A stretch of 36,063 bases of DNA. It comes from Rotaria socialis. Its lineage: Eukaryota. Of this stretch, positions 12,653 through 23,284 are shown piece after piece. The notes under the pieces are model-generated. The model saw only the letters and a program-made list of their open reading frames with translations, was not told the origin of the DNA and searched no databases. Where the stretch lies: assembly GCA_905331295.1 (NCBI GenBank), contig CAJNYD010000154.1, positions 1-36,063 on the forward strand, read 5' to 3'. Position numbers and translations under genes: made by a program. Each line of letters opens with the position of its first letter. The first letter of the stretch is position 1.

Positions 12653-14668
12653 AAGGGTGACCCAGGTTTGTTGACTCGATTTGTATAATTAATTTTTTTA
12701 TATTAAAACACGTACTTAAAAATTTATCTCTATGATAGAAAGATGCAGTAAAAGACGCTCTACAAAACAGCCTATGACTGATCCTGCCTAACTCCTATAA
12801 TAAGAACGTTATAGGCTTAGAAATATTCGTCGCAAAAAATAAAAATTAACCATAAATATTTAGCTCACTTCCATAATAATTTTAAAGTCACCATATAATC
12901 AGTTTTAGATTTGTGATGTTCTATCTTTGGTTAGATCATGCTGTTACTGTATTCGGGATCATTCCCTGGATCTTAGTATATTTTTGTCTAGGTATGCGCA
13001 ATATCTTTCGATCTCTGTGTATTCACTTTGTGTATTATATGTCTCTTTGTGTTCGTTCTATCTTTTCCAGGTATTCGTAATCACTCTCCCTTTGTTTTCA
13101 AAAGATTTATCTATTCTGTATTTATGTATTCGTCTGCCACTCCAGCCTATAAATAGACTCGTTTCAGCCCAAATAAAGTATAAAATAACTTGGAGATTCT
13201 TTTACGTAACAGCACAAGATGTCAAACATGTTTACTTTGGAGGAGCAGTTTCGTGGGCTTGTTCTTTCTTTGAAGGAAATGAATCCCACATGGATGACAT
13301 CCAACATAGCTGATGAAATACAATCTTATGAAAATCCACCTCCATTATCTCGTGATGCATTAAGAAGAAAAATAAATCGAATATTACAAAGGGGAACAAT
13401 AAGAGATAAATTAAAACGTAGTCCCCCACGAACTGTTCGAACAGAACAATTGAAGAAAGCAGTAAAACGCTTGCTACATTTAAAAGTGGGACAAAGTCAA
13501 AGAAAAGTGGTGCTTGATTTACAACGTAACAACATTCAAGGTAAAAGAACATCGGTGCAAAGAATAATCAAGGAATTAAATTTGAAACCGTTTAAACTTA
13601 GAAAAGCTCAAAAATTAACAACAGTAAACAAAGAACGACGTGTTGCATGTGCGAAAAGATTAATTAGAAAATATGGTGCAAGAAAAACTAATTCAAAATG
13701 GCAATGGACTAAACTTGTTAATACTGATTTTTCAGGAATATTTACAATTGAAGGTTTTCACAATAATAAAAATGATGTGATTTATGCTGAAGAATCATCT
13801 GAAATTCCTGCTAATTTAAGAGAAGCACCGATGACAAAATATCCAAGTGGTGTAATGTTTTGGGGTGGAATTTGTACGAAAGGTTTGATACCTCATGATG
13901 GTCCTATTAATGTTACTCAATGGTTACGAGATCAATGTCAAAATGATAAACGTAAAAGAGTGTACATGACCGGTGAACTTTATGCCATATATTTATGTGA
14001 AAAAGCCATTCCAGCAATTAATGAAGTAGTAGAAGATTTGGATGAAGCTATTTTTCAAGATGATCAAGATTCAAAACACAGAACACAAGTAGCTATGGAT
14101 GTTGTTTATGATCTTTTTGAAGAAAGAATTGAACCAAATGATGGAGACGCCAAATTTGCAGATGTATGGCCTATTGAAAATATTTGGGGAATTATGAGGG
14201 AGAAAACAAGAGGAAAAACACTTGAAAATCTTGACTCATTAATTGGTTTTGTTAATTCGGAATGGCGGAAAATTACACTTGAACAATGTGAAGCAATGAT
14301 AGATAACATACCTAAACGTCTTGCAAATGTGGTACAATTGAATGGGAATCAAGTTTATGAACATTAATTTAAAATGATTTTGATTGTAACACTCATGGTG
14401 AAGAAACATTGCATAATTGCAATAACATTTTTAGATGAAATAAAGTTTTTATGGTCCTAAAATGTTCATGGTTAATTTTTATTTTTTGCGACGAATATTT
14501 CTAAGCTTATAACGTTCTTATTATATGAGTTAGGTAGAATCAGTCATAGGCTGTTTTGTAGGGCGTCTTTTACTGCATCTTTCTATCATAGAGATAAATT
14601 TTTAAGTACGTGTTTTAATATAAAAAAATTATTTATACAAATCGAGTCAGCAAACCTGGGCCACCCGT
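12653..14668 (+). mobile_element. Full-length IS630-Tc1-mariner (ITm) DNA transposon with ~210-bp TIRs
   Basis: TIRs 12653-12863 and 14457-14668 align with scattered mismatches; TA at 12651-12652 and 14669-14670; single transposase ORF; TATAAA near 13148 and AATAAA at 14439. Confidence 0.93.
13219..14367 (+). CDS. Tc1/mariner-superfamily transposase, DD37E spacing, uninterrupted 382 aa
   Basis: Basic HTH-type N-terminus; LVNTDFS (D1), VMFWGGI, IFQDDQDSKH (D2), DVWPIENIW (E); 37 residues between D2 and E when aligned to the Tc1 FQQDN motif; C-terminal MIDNIPKRLANVVQLNG matches the Tc1 tail pattern. Confidence 0.93.
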   Translation: MSNMFTLEEQFRGLVLSLKEMNPTWMTSNIADEIQSYENPPPLSRDALRRKINRILQRGTIRDKLKRSPPRTVRTEQLKKAVKRLLHLKVGQSQRKVVLDLQRNNIQGKRTSVQRIIKELNLKPFKLRKAQKLTTVNKERRVACAKRLIRKYGARKTNSKWQWTKLVNTDFSGIFTIEGFHNNKNDVIYAEESSEIPANLREAPMTKYPSGVMFWGGICTKGLIPHDGPINVTQWLRDQCQNDKRKRVYMTGELYAIYLCEKAIPAINEVVEDLDEAIFQDDQDSKHRTQVAMDVVYDLFEERIEPNDGDAKFADVWPIENIWGIMREKTRGKTLENLDSLIGFVNSEWRKITLEQCEAMIDNIPKRLANVVQLNGNQVYEH

Positions 14669-14993
14669 TATGAATCATTTTCTTTTCCAAATCTGAAATC
14701 ATTTTAATGCTATTGAAACACACTTGTGCCATCTATTCGTTCTTGAACCATTCTCGATTACAAATACACATCGACATGACCAAACGGTAAGTTAGAATTC
14801 AATACTAAAACCATTTTGATTTCCTTTTTCTGTATTTTGATCCTATCGATATGATCGAAATGGTAAGTTATAATTTAATAATAAAAAACTTATTCATTCA
14901 TTGTCTTTTGTTTTAGGTTGATATCGTTATGATCGAAATAGTAAGTTAGACGATACCTAAAGATAAGCTAATAGATTAAGGGAGTTAAGTTAG

Positions 14994-15221
14994 TATTAGG
15001 GGATTCTTTGTTCTCCCTTCTTGTTTATTGTAAATCGAAAAACTAACTACAAAACAAAACAACATGTTGTATTCACACATATATATATATATATCTCCTC
15101 CGTTGAGAAAACAACATATATATTTATACATTTATATATATGACGATAGATGTGGTGGGTGACTAGATAGAAGAATACATGAAAAGAGAATGATAGTATG
15201 TGAGGGCATCAGCCCGTAACA
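14994..15221 (-). repeat. 3' LTR (TG...TA on the minus strand)
   Basis: Matches 17467-17694 with 3 differences by eye; preceded on the minus strand by the weak PPT AAGGGTGGTCGAC. Confidence 0.92.
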
Positions 15222-15478
15222 GTCGACCACCCTTAGAGAAAATGTGTGTCCGTACACATGGTTCAGAAAAACAAACAAACATGTTAACAAAAATACGACG
15301 ATAAGCTACACATCTTCCATTAAAAAAGACACAACAACGATGAACAAGCAAAGGAGAAAAAATAGTTTTTTTAACTAATAAATCTGACTGTTTATCAAGA
15401 AACAAAAAAACGAAAGAGAAGAAAAAAAAACGAAGATTAAAGTAAAGTTTGACCTATATTTAAAAAAGAATAATTTCT

Positions 15479-16564
15479 TTATTTATCTGGACGTAATTTC
15501 TTGCGCCTATAATAATAGTGTTTTTTTGTAAATATGCCACTGTGTAATATTTTGTCAATGATGTTTTTTATTTGCTCGTTCTTCACACCCAAGAATAACG
15601 TGCTTCCGACAACATTGATGTTCGCATAAGGAATATCCATAAATATTAAGATTTTTTTAATATCTGTAATGGTAAATTTATGATAAATTTTCCGAATGAT
15701 TTCATATCGATATCTTTTAGCTCGATGTTTGTGGCTTTGTCGTTGACTTCTTGTTAATGGTTCATGATGTATATATTGTTGGTTTTGATCGTTCATTGTA
15801 TTTTGTTGAATGCCATTATCGGACATGTTTTCAATTTCATTTGAAGGTTCATCTCGTACATGACCCCCTTCTCTATCATTATAATTCAATGTTTCTTCGT
15901 CTAAAATATTTATAGTATTATTTTCTAATGATGCTGCTGATGGATAACATTTCTGAAGCAAATGCTGTTGTAAATTATTGCGTGATAAAAATTGTTCTTG
16001 ACAAACATGGCATTGATGTTGTTGTTCTTCATGATGTTCTTTTCCACAGGTAAAGTCCGTAAATTGAACCTTCCTCTTTTCACGGAGTAATGAATCACAG
16101 AAACCACTCTTCTGAGTGTTGTTTCTCTTATAATTAAATGATTTAAAATGTGTTGGCTGATAATTTGCATCTTCTGATAACACCGGTAAAATAATATGAT
16201 TATTTAATTCAGCCTGATATGACATACGTCCCAGCTGAGTATTGTTTGATAGTGTTCGTTGACGATTAGTTGCGCTAAATTGAAGATTTGAAGGTTGAAC
16301 GAATGGAGCTGTTGCTAATTCGCGGCGGTTCTTATCAATCAGAGTAATATGCTGTTGTAATGAATCAATAATAACATTGTTTTGTATAATCCAGTCGTTT
16401 CCAAGTAGTAGATCAGTAATAAGATTCGTTGCAACATCCGCTATAATGAAAGTTTTATGTCCTTGTATTTTAACTTCAAGTTGAATTTCACCAATAATAT
16501 TAATAGACGTACAGTTAGCTGATTTGTGTAATTTCTTCTTGTAAACGAAGTCCGTGTGATAAAT
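15479..16564 (-). pseudogene. Second reading frame of the LTR element: protease C-terminal half, C2H2-like zinc finger, then an unidentified basic C-terminal domain
   Basis: Frame is open upstream of the listed Met: IYHTDF..SANCTSINIIGEIQLEV..DLLLGNDW (protease ILG.D motif), then CHVCQEQFLSRNNLQQHLLQKC and RAKRYRYEIIRKIYHKF. Separated from gag-PR by a -1 shift at the A7 run (16564-16570). Confidence 0.75.
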
Positions 16565-17289
16565 TTTTTTAAGAATTGTTGATTAATAATGGTGACTGCA
16601 GATCCAGTATCGACAATGGCTTGGTGTTGTTTATTATTTACTTGAACATTTATATAAATAGGAGTTCGTAACGTTGATGATGCATAAATAGTTGTTGATA
16701 CTGTATTTGCAAAATATGGCACATACGGTGCTGTTGTTTGAGGTTCTAGAACATTTTCATTTTGTAGTTCGTCTTCATCTTTCGCAATTTTTAAAAATGC
16801 TTGTGTTGTTCTAGCTGATTCAGATAATGACTTCATTTGTCGTTTAATTTGAATTTTTAATGAATTTTTAATGCCATTTTCTAACCATGATATCATCATT
16901 CTTTGTGACATAGATGTATCATATGTATGACAAAGTTTAATAATAGCATCATAATAAGATGTAACTGTTTCATCTGGTTTCTGTTTACGTTCTTTCAATT
17001 GTTCGAATATTTTTGATGATGAATCAGACGTTGTAAATCTTTCTAATAATGCCGATTTTAATTGTCTCCATTGAATTAATGATAAGTTATCTTCGTACCA
17101 ACGTTCTGCTTCACCATCTAATTTTGCCATACACATACAATATAAAAGATTATCATTTGCATCGATCATTTTCCCAATTCTTTCGATATTGTTGATAAAC
17201 TGTAAAATTTTATATTCTTCGCCACCATTGAATTTCTCTAGATTTAATAAACATTCACGATAACATATCATTATTGCTGAATCTTCCAT
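16441..17289 (-). CDS. Retrotransposon gag plus N-terminal half of aspartic protease; frameshifted near 16565, so the last ~40 aa are out of frame
   Basis: Gag capsid-like motifs (KLDGEAERWY, W..LK..LLERF, RKQKPDETV..YY); protease catalytic motif AIVDTGSAVTII. Confidence 0.85.
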   Translation of the reverse strand: MEDSAIMICYRECLLNLEKFNGGEEYKILQFINNIERIGKMIDANDNLLYCMCMAKLDGEAERWYEDNLSLIQWRQLKSALLERFTTSDSSSKIFEQLKERKQKPDETVTSYYDAIIKLCHTYDTSMSQRMMISWLENGIKNSLKIQIKRQMKSLSESARTTQAFLKIAKDEDELQNENVLEPQTTAPYVPYFANTVSTTIYASSTLRTPIYINVQVNNKQHQAIVDTGSAVTIINQQFLKKFITRTSFTRRNYTNQLTVRLLILLVKFNLKLKYKDIKLSL

Positions 17290-17451
17290 GTTGCTGATAA
17301 TTTAATAAGTTATCTTCTTTTTTTTCTGTGGCAGGTAACTCAAATTGAATTTCCTCTAATTAATTTTCAAATTTTTATTTTTTCAGGTCACTCCTAATTA
17401 GGAATGTCCTCTGGTAAGATTTTTATTATTGTGAAAATAATAAAAATACTC

Positions 17452-17464
17452 GGTCACGGCACCA
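17452..17464 (-). promoter_or_regulatory. Primer-binding site, tRNA-His type
   Basis: Minus strand TGGTGCCGTGACC, 2 nt after the 5' LTR, complementary to the ...GTCACGGCA-CCA 3' end of eukaryotic tRNA-His. Confidence 0.8.
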
Positions 17465-17466
17465 AA

Positions 17467-17694
17467 TATTAGGGGATTCGTTGTTCTCCCTTCTTGTTTA
17501 TTGTAAATCGAAAAACTAACTACAAAACAAAACAACATGTTGTATTCACACATATATATATATCTCTCTCCTCCGTTGAGAAAACAACATATATATTTAT
17601 ACATTTATATATATGACGATAGATGTGGTGGGTGACTAGATAGAAGAATACATGAAAAGAGAATGATAGTATGTGAGGGCATCAGCCCGTAACA
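17467..17694 (-). repeat. 5' LTR
   Basis: Direct repeat of 14994-15221, followed by the PBS. Confidence 0.92.
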
Positions 17695-17925
17695 GTTAGG
17701 GTATTAGATTAAGGTTAAGGGGGTTAAGTTAGGACTAGATTACGGTTAAGGGGGTTAAGTTAGGGATAGATTACGGTTAAGGGGGTTAAGTTAGGAATAG
17801 ATTAAGGTTAAGGGGGTTAAGTTAGGAATAGATTAAGGTTAAGGGGATTAAGTTAGGGGATAGATTCAGGTTAAGGGGTTAAGTTAGGGGATGGATTAAG
17901 GTTAAGGGGATAAGTTTGGGTTAGA
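17695..17925 (+). repeat. ~31-bp G-rich minisatellite (GTTAAGTTAGGAATAGATTAAGGTTAAGGGG)n, ~7 copies; the first partial unit lies left of the LTR element at ~14971-14993
   Basis: Read directly; built from TTAGG/TTAAGG submotifs. Confidence 0.9.
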
Positions 17926-18416
17926 TATGTATTAAACCGATATGTAAATAAGATAGATATTGATTGCATTGGGATGGTGACAAAATTTTAATTACGATAC
18001 CACTGTGAGTGTAAATAAAAGAAGGTTGGGTACAGAACCATATTTTTACGGAACTCAAGAAATGTTTCGATTTCGTTGTAAATCTCTCAACCTTTTAAAG
18101 TTCCGTCTGGTCCCTTTTTTGTTTTCATTGTAGTGAAAGGAAAATCAATTAAATGCATTGGAGATGCGGGAAGTTAAACTAATATTTTCGTGCGTTAAGA
18201 TGTGTGGAGTTTTCAATGTATTATAATGCATTAAATGAGCAATGAATGCGATGGCATTATAATGCAACCCAAATAATGCATTATAATGTATTAAAATCTT
18301 AATGCATTTCAATGCATCACAAAATCAATGCATTGTAATGCCATTGCATTCATTGACTTTCTATGACAAATTAATGCATTATAATGTACATTATTTCGGA
18401 AAATCGGGTACATGGG

Positions 18417-18880
18417 ATTGGGACTTTAAATAATTGGTGAATTTTTCTACACAATTCTTTATCTTTTCTGAAAAATACTGTTCTCTTTAAATTTTTAATG
18501 TATCGGGACATTCGTGATATTAATTCGTTGCAGAAATATTTTAAAGTATTATCGCTCTCTCTGGTTTCTTTTATTATAATAGGGACATTGGGACATAAAA
18601 TTATTGGACAATTTTTTTGTATAAAATCTTTTATCTTTTTCTCAAAAATATTTTTTTCTTGAAATTTTTAACATGTCGGGACATTCGGGATATTAAATTA
18701 TTGCGAAATTATCTGAAAGTATTTTCTGTCTTTTTTTATTATGACGGGGACATTGGGACATTAAATAATTGGTTAATTTTTCTACACAATTCTTTATTTT
18801 TTCACTTTAAATTTTTAATCTATCGGGACATTTGGGACATTAATTCGTTGCAGAAATATTTCAAAGTATTATTTCTCTTT
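18417..18880 (+). repeat. Diverged tandem repeat with GGGACATT cores, continuing from ~10540-10645 on the other side of the 7.8-kb insertion
   Basis: Recurrent cgggacattNgggacattaa...gcagaaatatttt units at ~165-bp (two-subunit) spacing; boundaries of the parent element unresolved. Confidence 0.7.
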
Positions 18881-18924
18881 TGTAATAATGGCCGCATTAG
18901 TACCTTAAACTATTGGAGCAGGGG

Positions 18925-20315
18925 AGAGGGGTTTGAAAAACGCTAACGATGATTCTTTTTTTTTGTTTTTTCTTTGTTTCAGTCAATATTTGTCCATTCA
19001 GTTGGAGAGACATCTCATTTTAAAGAGTTCCTAAAACTACACAAGAAGACATCTCTTGTTACATTCTGAAATAAGTCGTGCCCTTAAAAAGTTCTTTTTC
19101 TTTGAAAAATTCAAATTCTTTTTGGTAAATTGTTTTTCAGTGTAACCATCTTTTAGTATGATAAAAGGCTGGCAGAAATTTTCAATTTGGGATACTTGGT
19201 ATAGCATTTTCTCCTTTTCAAAACTGCAATAGAAAGCCTTAAATTGAAGAGTCAGAAAAGGTGGGCAAAAGCTGTACAATATTACTCAATGACATAAATT
19301 TCTCGTTTTTTGCATGTTTTGTCGTAGATTTCTTTTAGAAAAGTGGATATTTTGTCAAAACTAATGTCATATTTCCAATCAAGATGAATGGTTGAGTTGA
19401 TCTATACACATCTTAGGTGCTTTATAAAAACTGTTTTCATCCCAAAAGTCATTTCTCCTCCCGCTCAGGGTTTTATCAGCAAATAAACTGCACCAAAATC
19501 TTGTTTCGACAGAGATAAACCCTTTGCAAGGATCTAAAACGAAATTATAAGGGAAAGTTTTAGATACCTAACCCATAAAAGCAGAATTTTGAAAAGGTTC
19601 ATTTCTACGTTGCTCCATGGTCCCCCAAGAATGAGCAACAATGAACTTCCACAAAACTTTATTCTATGGGTGAAAACGAACTCTAATGTGGCAAACTGAT
19701 AATTTTGAGCAGAAATTGGCAGGTTTATGAGTCACAAAACAGTGTTTTTGTGTAGATTCATTTTTTCTGATTCAGCCTTAAGTAGTAAGGGGTGAATTTT
19801 GGATGAAAAAACAATTTTCTAAAGCACCTGAGATGTGTATAGATCAACTCAACCATTCATGTTGATTGGAAATATGACATTAGTTTTGACAAAATATCCA
19901 CTTTTCTAAAAGAAATCTACGACAAAGCATGCAAAAAACGAGAAATTTATGTCATTGAGTAATATTGTACAGCTTTTGCCCACCTTTTCTGACTCTTCAA
20001 TTTAAGGCTTTCTATTGCAGTTTTGAAGAGGAGAAAATGCTATACCAAGTATCCCAAATTGAAAATTTCTGCCAGCCTTTTATCATACTAAAAGATGGTT
20101 ACACTGAAAAACAATTTACCAAAAAGAATTTGAATTTTTCAAAGAAAAAGAACTTTTTAAGGGCAAGACTTATTTCGGAACGTAGCAAGACATATCTTCT
20201 TGTGCAGTTTTAGGAGCTCTTTCGAATGAGATATCGCTCGATCTGTAGAGACAAAATCTGACTGAAATAATGACAAAACAATTACTATTTTTCAGCGGTT
20301 TTGGGTTCCCCTCCT
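18925..20315. mobile_element. ~1.4-kb foldback/palindromic element
   Basis: About 19065-19425 is a near-perfect inverted copy of about 19820-20180, giving mirror ORFs 19037-19279(-) and 19965-20213(+). Weaker inverted similarity continues outward and inward to a centre near 19620. Confidence 0.85.
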
Positions 20316-21050
20316 AATGTGACGACTACAACCCAGTCGAACAGAGTTGTAGAAGCCTAAAAAGGTTTTCGTAATTCTAATTTTTGGTAAAGAATCGATT
20401 GATGAAAAAAACTGTAGGTGAAAAAATATCAACCAAATGAACATTCTCTATGGACTCTTAAAGTCTCTCCTAAAAATTCCAATAACATTGAAAGATGAAC
20501 TATTACATTGAAAATGAGTACAAATGTGATCCGTCCCATTTGTATTAGCGTATTGAAAAAAATTTGAAATTTGTTTTCTTTATATACTATTCAAATGACT
20601 AGCAACATATAGTAATAAATCATCCAGAAATGAATTTTATTTTAATCTTCTTTACCTCAAGCTATTTTTTCTAAAATATCTAATGGATCTATTATAATTT
20701 ATTTTTCATCAATGGATAGAGGATTTTTTCCTCTTGTCATTGAAAAAGAATAGTAATGATTCATTAAAAAGAGAATGAGTGCATTATTGTCCTTTGTAGC
20801 TTCATACTCGTTTTCAAAATATTAAAACCATAAATCCGCTACTGAATTTTCAAAAATTTCACTTCTTAAAACGTGAAACCTTCAATGTAACACTTCTTTT
20901 ATAACCACAAAAGTGAAAATGTTTCAATTGTTTTAATGTTTTTTTTCAAAAAGGAAAAAGAACTTTCTATTCTTTTTATTTTTTTCGCGCATTCTAATCT
21001 CAACTAAAATTCTCATGTCAGCTGTGACATATACAAAACAAGCGCTAGAT

Positions 21051-21611
21051 AAAAAGCTGTTAGCGCAACCCCTGCGGAATTAAAATGTGAAACACGACAA
21101 AACTGTTCGTTCTTATCAGATAAAGTATTGCTCTATCGATTTCTGGATTCTTTCTTTCATTATACTTTAATGCATCAGCTACAAATGCAAAACAGAAACA
21201 GCTCAAAGGTTTTATCGAGATTGTAGCCCTATCCGGTCCTTGCTTGTACACCGATACGATTCATGACAGTCTACAACGACGTCCAGAGGTGTTTATCGTG
21301 CTGTATCATAGTCATAGCTCCACCTTTATATCCCCCCTGCATTTCTAATACCGTTTGTGATGGATCCAAACCCTGTCTCTCAGGGTCTGGGAAGGGTAAT
21401 TAATTAATTAGACTGTAGTTAGTTAATTAATTAATTAAAATGTCTTCAAAAGAAATTCAAATCCCTATTCATAACACTTTAACTCGTCTTCATCTGTCTG
21501 CAATGGTAGATGACGGTGGAATCACCTGTCGGTCACGGTCTGTGGGGGGAGGGGGTTCAAATTTCTACCCTTAACAGTTCAATACTCCTTTCTGGTCATG
21601 TTTCACAAAAA
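21051..21611 (-). mobile_element. HINE-like element, copy 2
   Basis: Minus strand: TTTTTGTGAAACATG...CCCCCTCCCCCCACAGACCGTGACC...CGTGTTTCACATTTTAATTCCGCAGGGGTTGCGCTAACAGCTTTTT. Confidence 0.65.
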
Positions 21612-23284
21612 CATAATGAATCCCTATTGCTCCACCTTGAAGTCGAATTTGAGTCATTGCTTAATACTATAAATGAGGTTTACTTGCTTGTGTTTGGATG
21701 TGATGAGATTTTTATTATCACTTATCGTTTATTTCTTTATCTCTCTCTATCTCCCTGTTTACAAAGATTTCGCATCTTTATATAGCAAGACATGAACAAG
21801 AGAGAAAACCATACGATCGAAGAAAATCATAGATCAGCCGAAACGCAGGTAACGTACGGACGTTTTTTCAACTTTGAACGATTGTATCTAGATAATGGTA
21901 AAAGGAAAAAGGAAAAAGCTTGTAAATTTCAACACTTATGTAAGTCGACAGCTTCTATAATACCTGAAAGTTTGAGCCTCAATCGTTGAGCTGTTTAGAT
22001 TTTATAGGTGAAATACTGGTCGGTAACACAGACAAAAAAGGTCCTTCGTTCTCAGTAGACGCGAGAGAAGTGATAAATGCTGCGAACTACGCTATGTTAA
22101 TGAATATTGTGACAGAGCATTTTGTAGCTCAAAGTCAGAAGTATCTTTTGGTGAAGAGAAAATATAATTAATTTGAAAAATGAGCGAGCTATTGACAAAA
22201 CATGAAGTAACGCACAGACATTTCGGTAACGCACCGACATGAATTTTCATAAAAATTACCGAAATCAAAAAGTTCGTTTCGTAGTTGGAAATATTGGTTT
22301 AGAACATCAAAGTAATGATGTCCCGGCTGCCACCATTCTGTTTAGGGTAATAAAGATTTCATTTTTGTTCGACATAAAATAGCGTTTGAAATATGAAAAG
22401 GCATAAAAGAGCTTTTTCAAGACATTTTTACACTAAAAATGCTGAGTTTTGCTGGTAACTTGTGCTTTTTTCCATAATTATTTAAAACATATTAGATAGA
22501 TCGACGCAGAATATACGAAAACCTACTTAAGAATTTTAAATGAGTACGATCGGTTGCCTATTGTACGAGAACTTGAGTCCTCAACTTCAATCATACTGGT
22601 TGACCGTTAGCCGTTTTGGCTGAGATGGTGAACATGAAAGGATAAATCCATCGGGCAACGTAAGAGAAAGAAGAGCAAAAATAAATGGAAAATCCTGGGT
22701 ACATATAAGGGGAAAGAAAAGGAAAAGTTCATGTATCGGTAGGCAGAAGAGAAAACAAAAACGCAAGAAGTGAAGGAAAGGAAAAGTCCATATATCGATG
22801 GACAGAAGAGTCAAGGAAAACGCAAGACACGAAGGAAAGGAAAGAGAAAGAAGAGAGAGAAAGAGCACATCTCCCATGATATGAATAAGTAGAACATTTA
22901 TTATGACTGCATCCAAAGGACATACAGGTCATAGCATTGACTATGAGACGCTGTTTATTTTGAGCTACGCATTCGGCATCGATCTCTTGCTTGGGTTCGG
23001 CCTTCTTTCGAGAAACACTTGGTGAATGAGACGACGATGTTGGCACCTTTGGCCTTGAAAGTCACCACTGAATATCTCTAAAGTTGCAGATGTTTTCATC
23101 TAAAAGAAATGAAGGTACTTTATTACGTGGTGCACAACGAGTTGGCCATTAAAATGATTTCCAGTTGTTTGTTGGTTCACCCTGCGTTGTTTCCTTCCTC
23201 CACGACCGATGACGATGTGTTAATCCAGCTGTGGGCACCCGTCAACCGTTCACAAGACTCATATCTATCAGCATCTTATCATCA

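Larger units (their letters stand above)
14994..17694 (-). mobile_element. Internally deleted, non-autonomous Ty3/gypsy-type LTR retrotransposon (2.7 kb)
   Basis: Two 228-bp direct repeats; 5-bp TSD GTTAG at 14989-14993 and 17695-17699; PBS; gag and aspartic protease present; no RT, RNase H or integrase motifs. Confidence 0.92.
11377..18130. mobile_element. CACT-terminus (EnSpm-like) element with GGTTC/GAACC-type subrepeats and a G-rich array near its right end; hosts the Tc1-type and LTR elements
   Basis: TA-CACTAAAAATAAAAAAGGTTCCATACGGAA vs reverse complement TA-CAATGAAAACAAAAAAGGGACCAGACGGAA; TA on both flanks; architecture parallels 26225-31679. Confidence 0.6.
10646..18416. mobile_element. 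CMC/CACTA-like non-autonomous element with AATGCATT subterminal repeats and 3-bp TSD; hosts further insertions
   Basis: Termini ctcatgtagccaat / cccatgtacccgat (reverse complement); TSD ATT at 10643-10645 and 18417-18419. Removing it restores a gggacatt-gggac repeat unit seen intact near 18747. ATGCAT-rich ends at 10750-10830 and 18150-18390. Confidence 0.75.

Noticed and set aside
16564..16572. Programmed -1 frameshift at A AAA AAA in the LTR element
   Set aside because: It falls in the middle of the protease domain, after DTG, rather than at the gag-pol boundary; a one-base homopolymer loss or sequencing error is simpler
17695..17925. True telomere or interstitial telomeric array, also at 31292-31505
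   Set aside because: Higher-order ~31-bp and ~37-bp units lie at the same relative position inside two related TIR elements, so they are element components
19037..20213. Duplicated 80-82-aa ORFs on opposite strands
   Set aside because: By-product of the inverted arms; non-ATG starts and no recognisable domain
22587..23280. More GC-balanced stretch with minus-strand ORFs and an acceptor-like tttcttttag near 23100, a possible nested gene fragment
   Set aside because: No recognisable domain, in-frame stops and no convincing donor; the CT-rich part is low complexity
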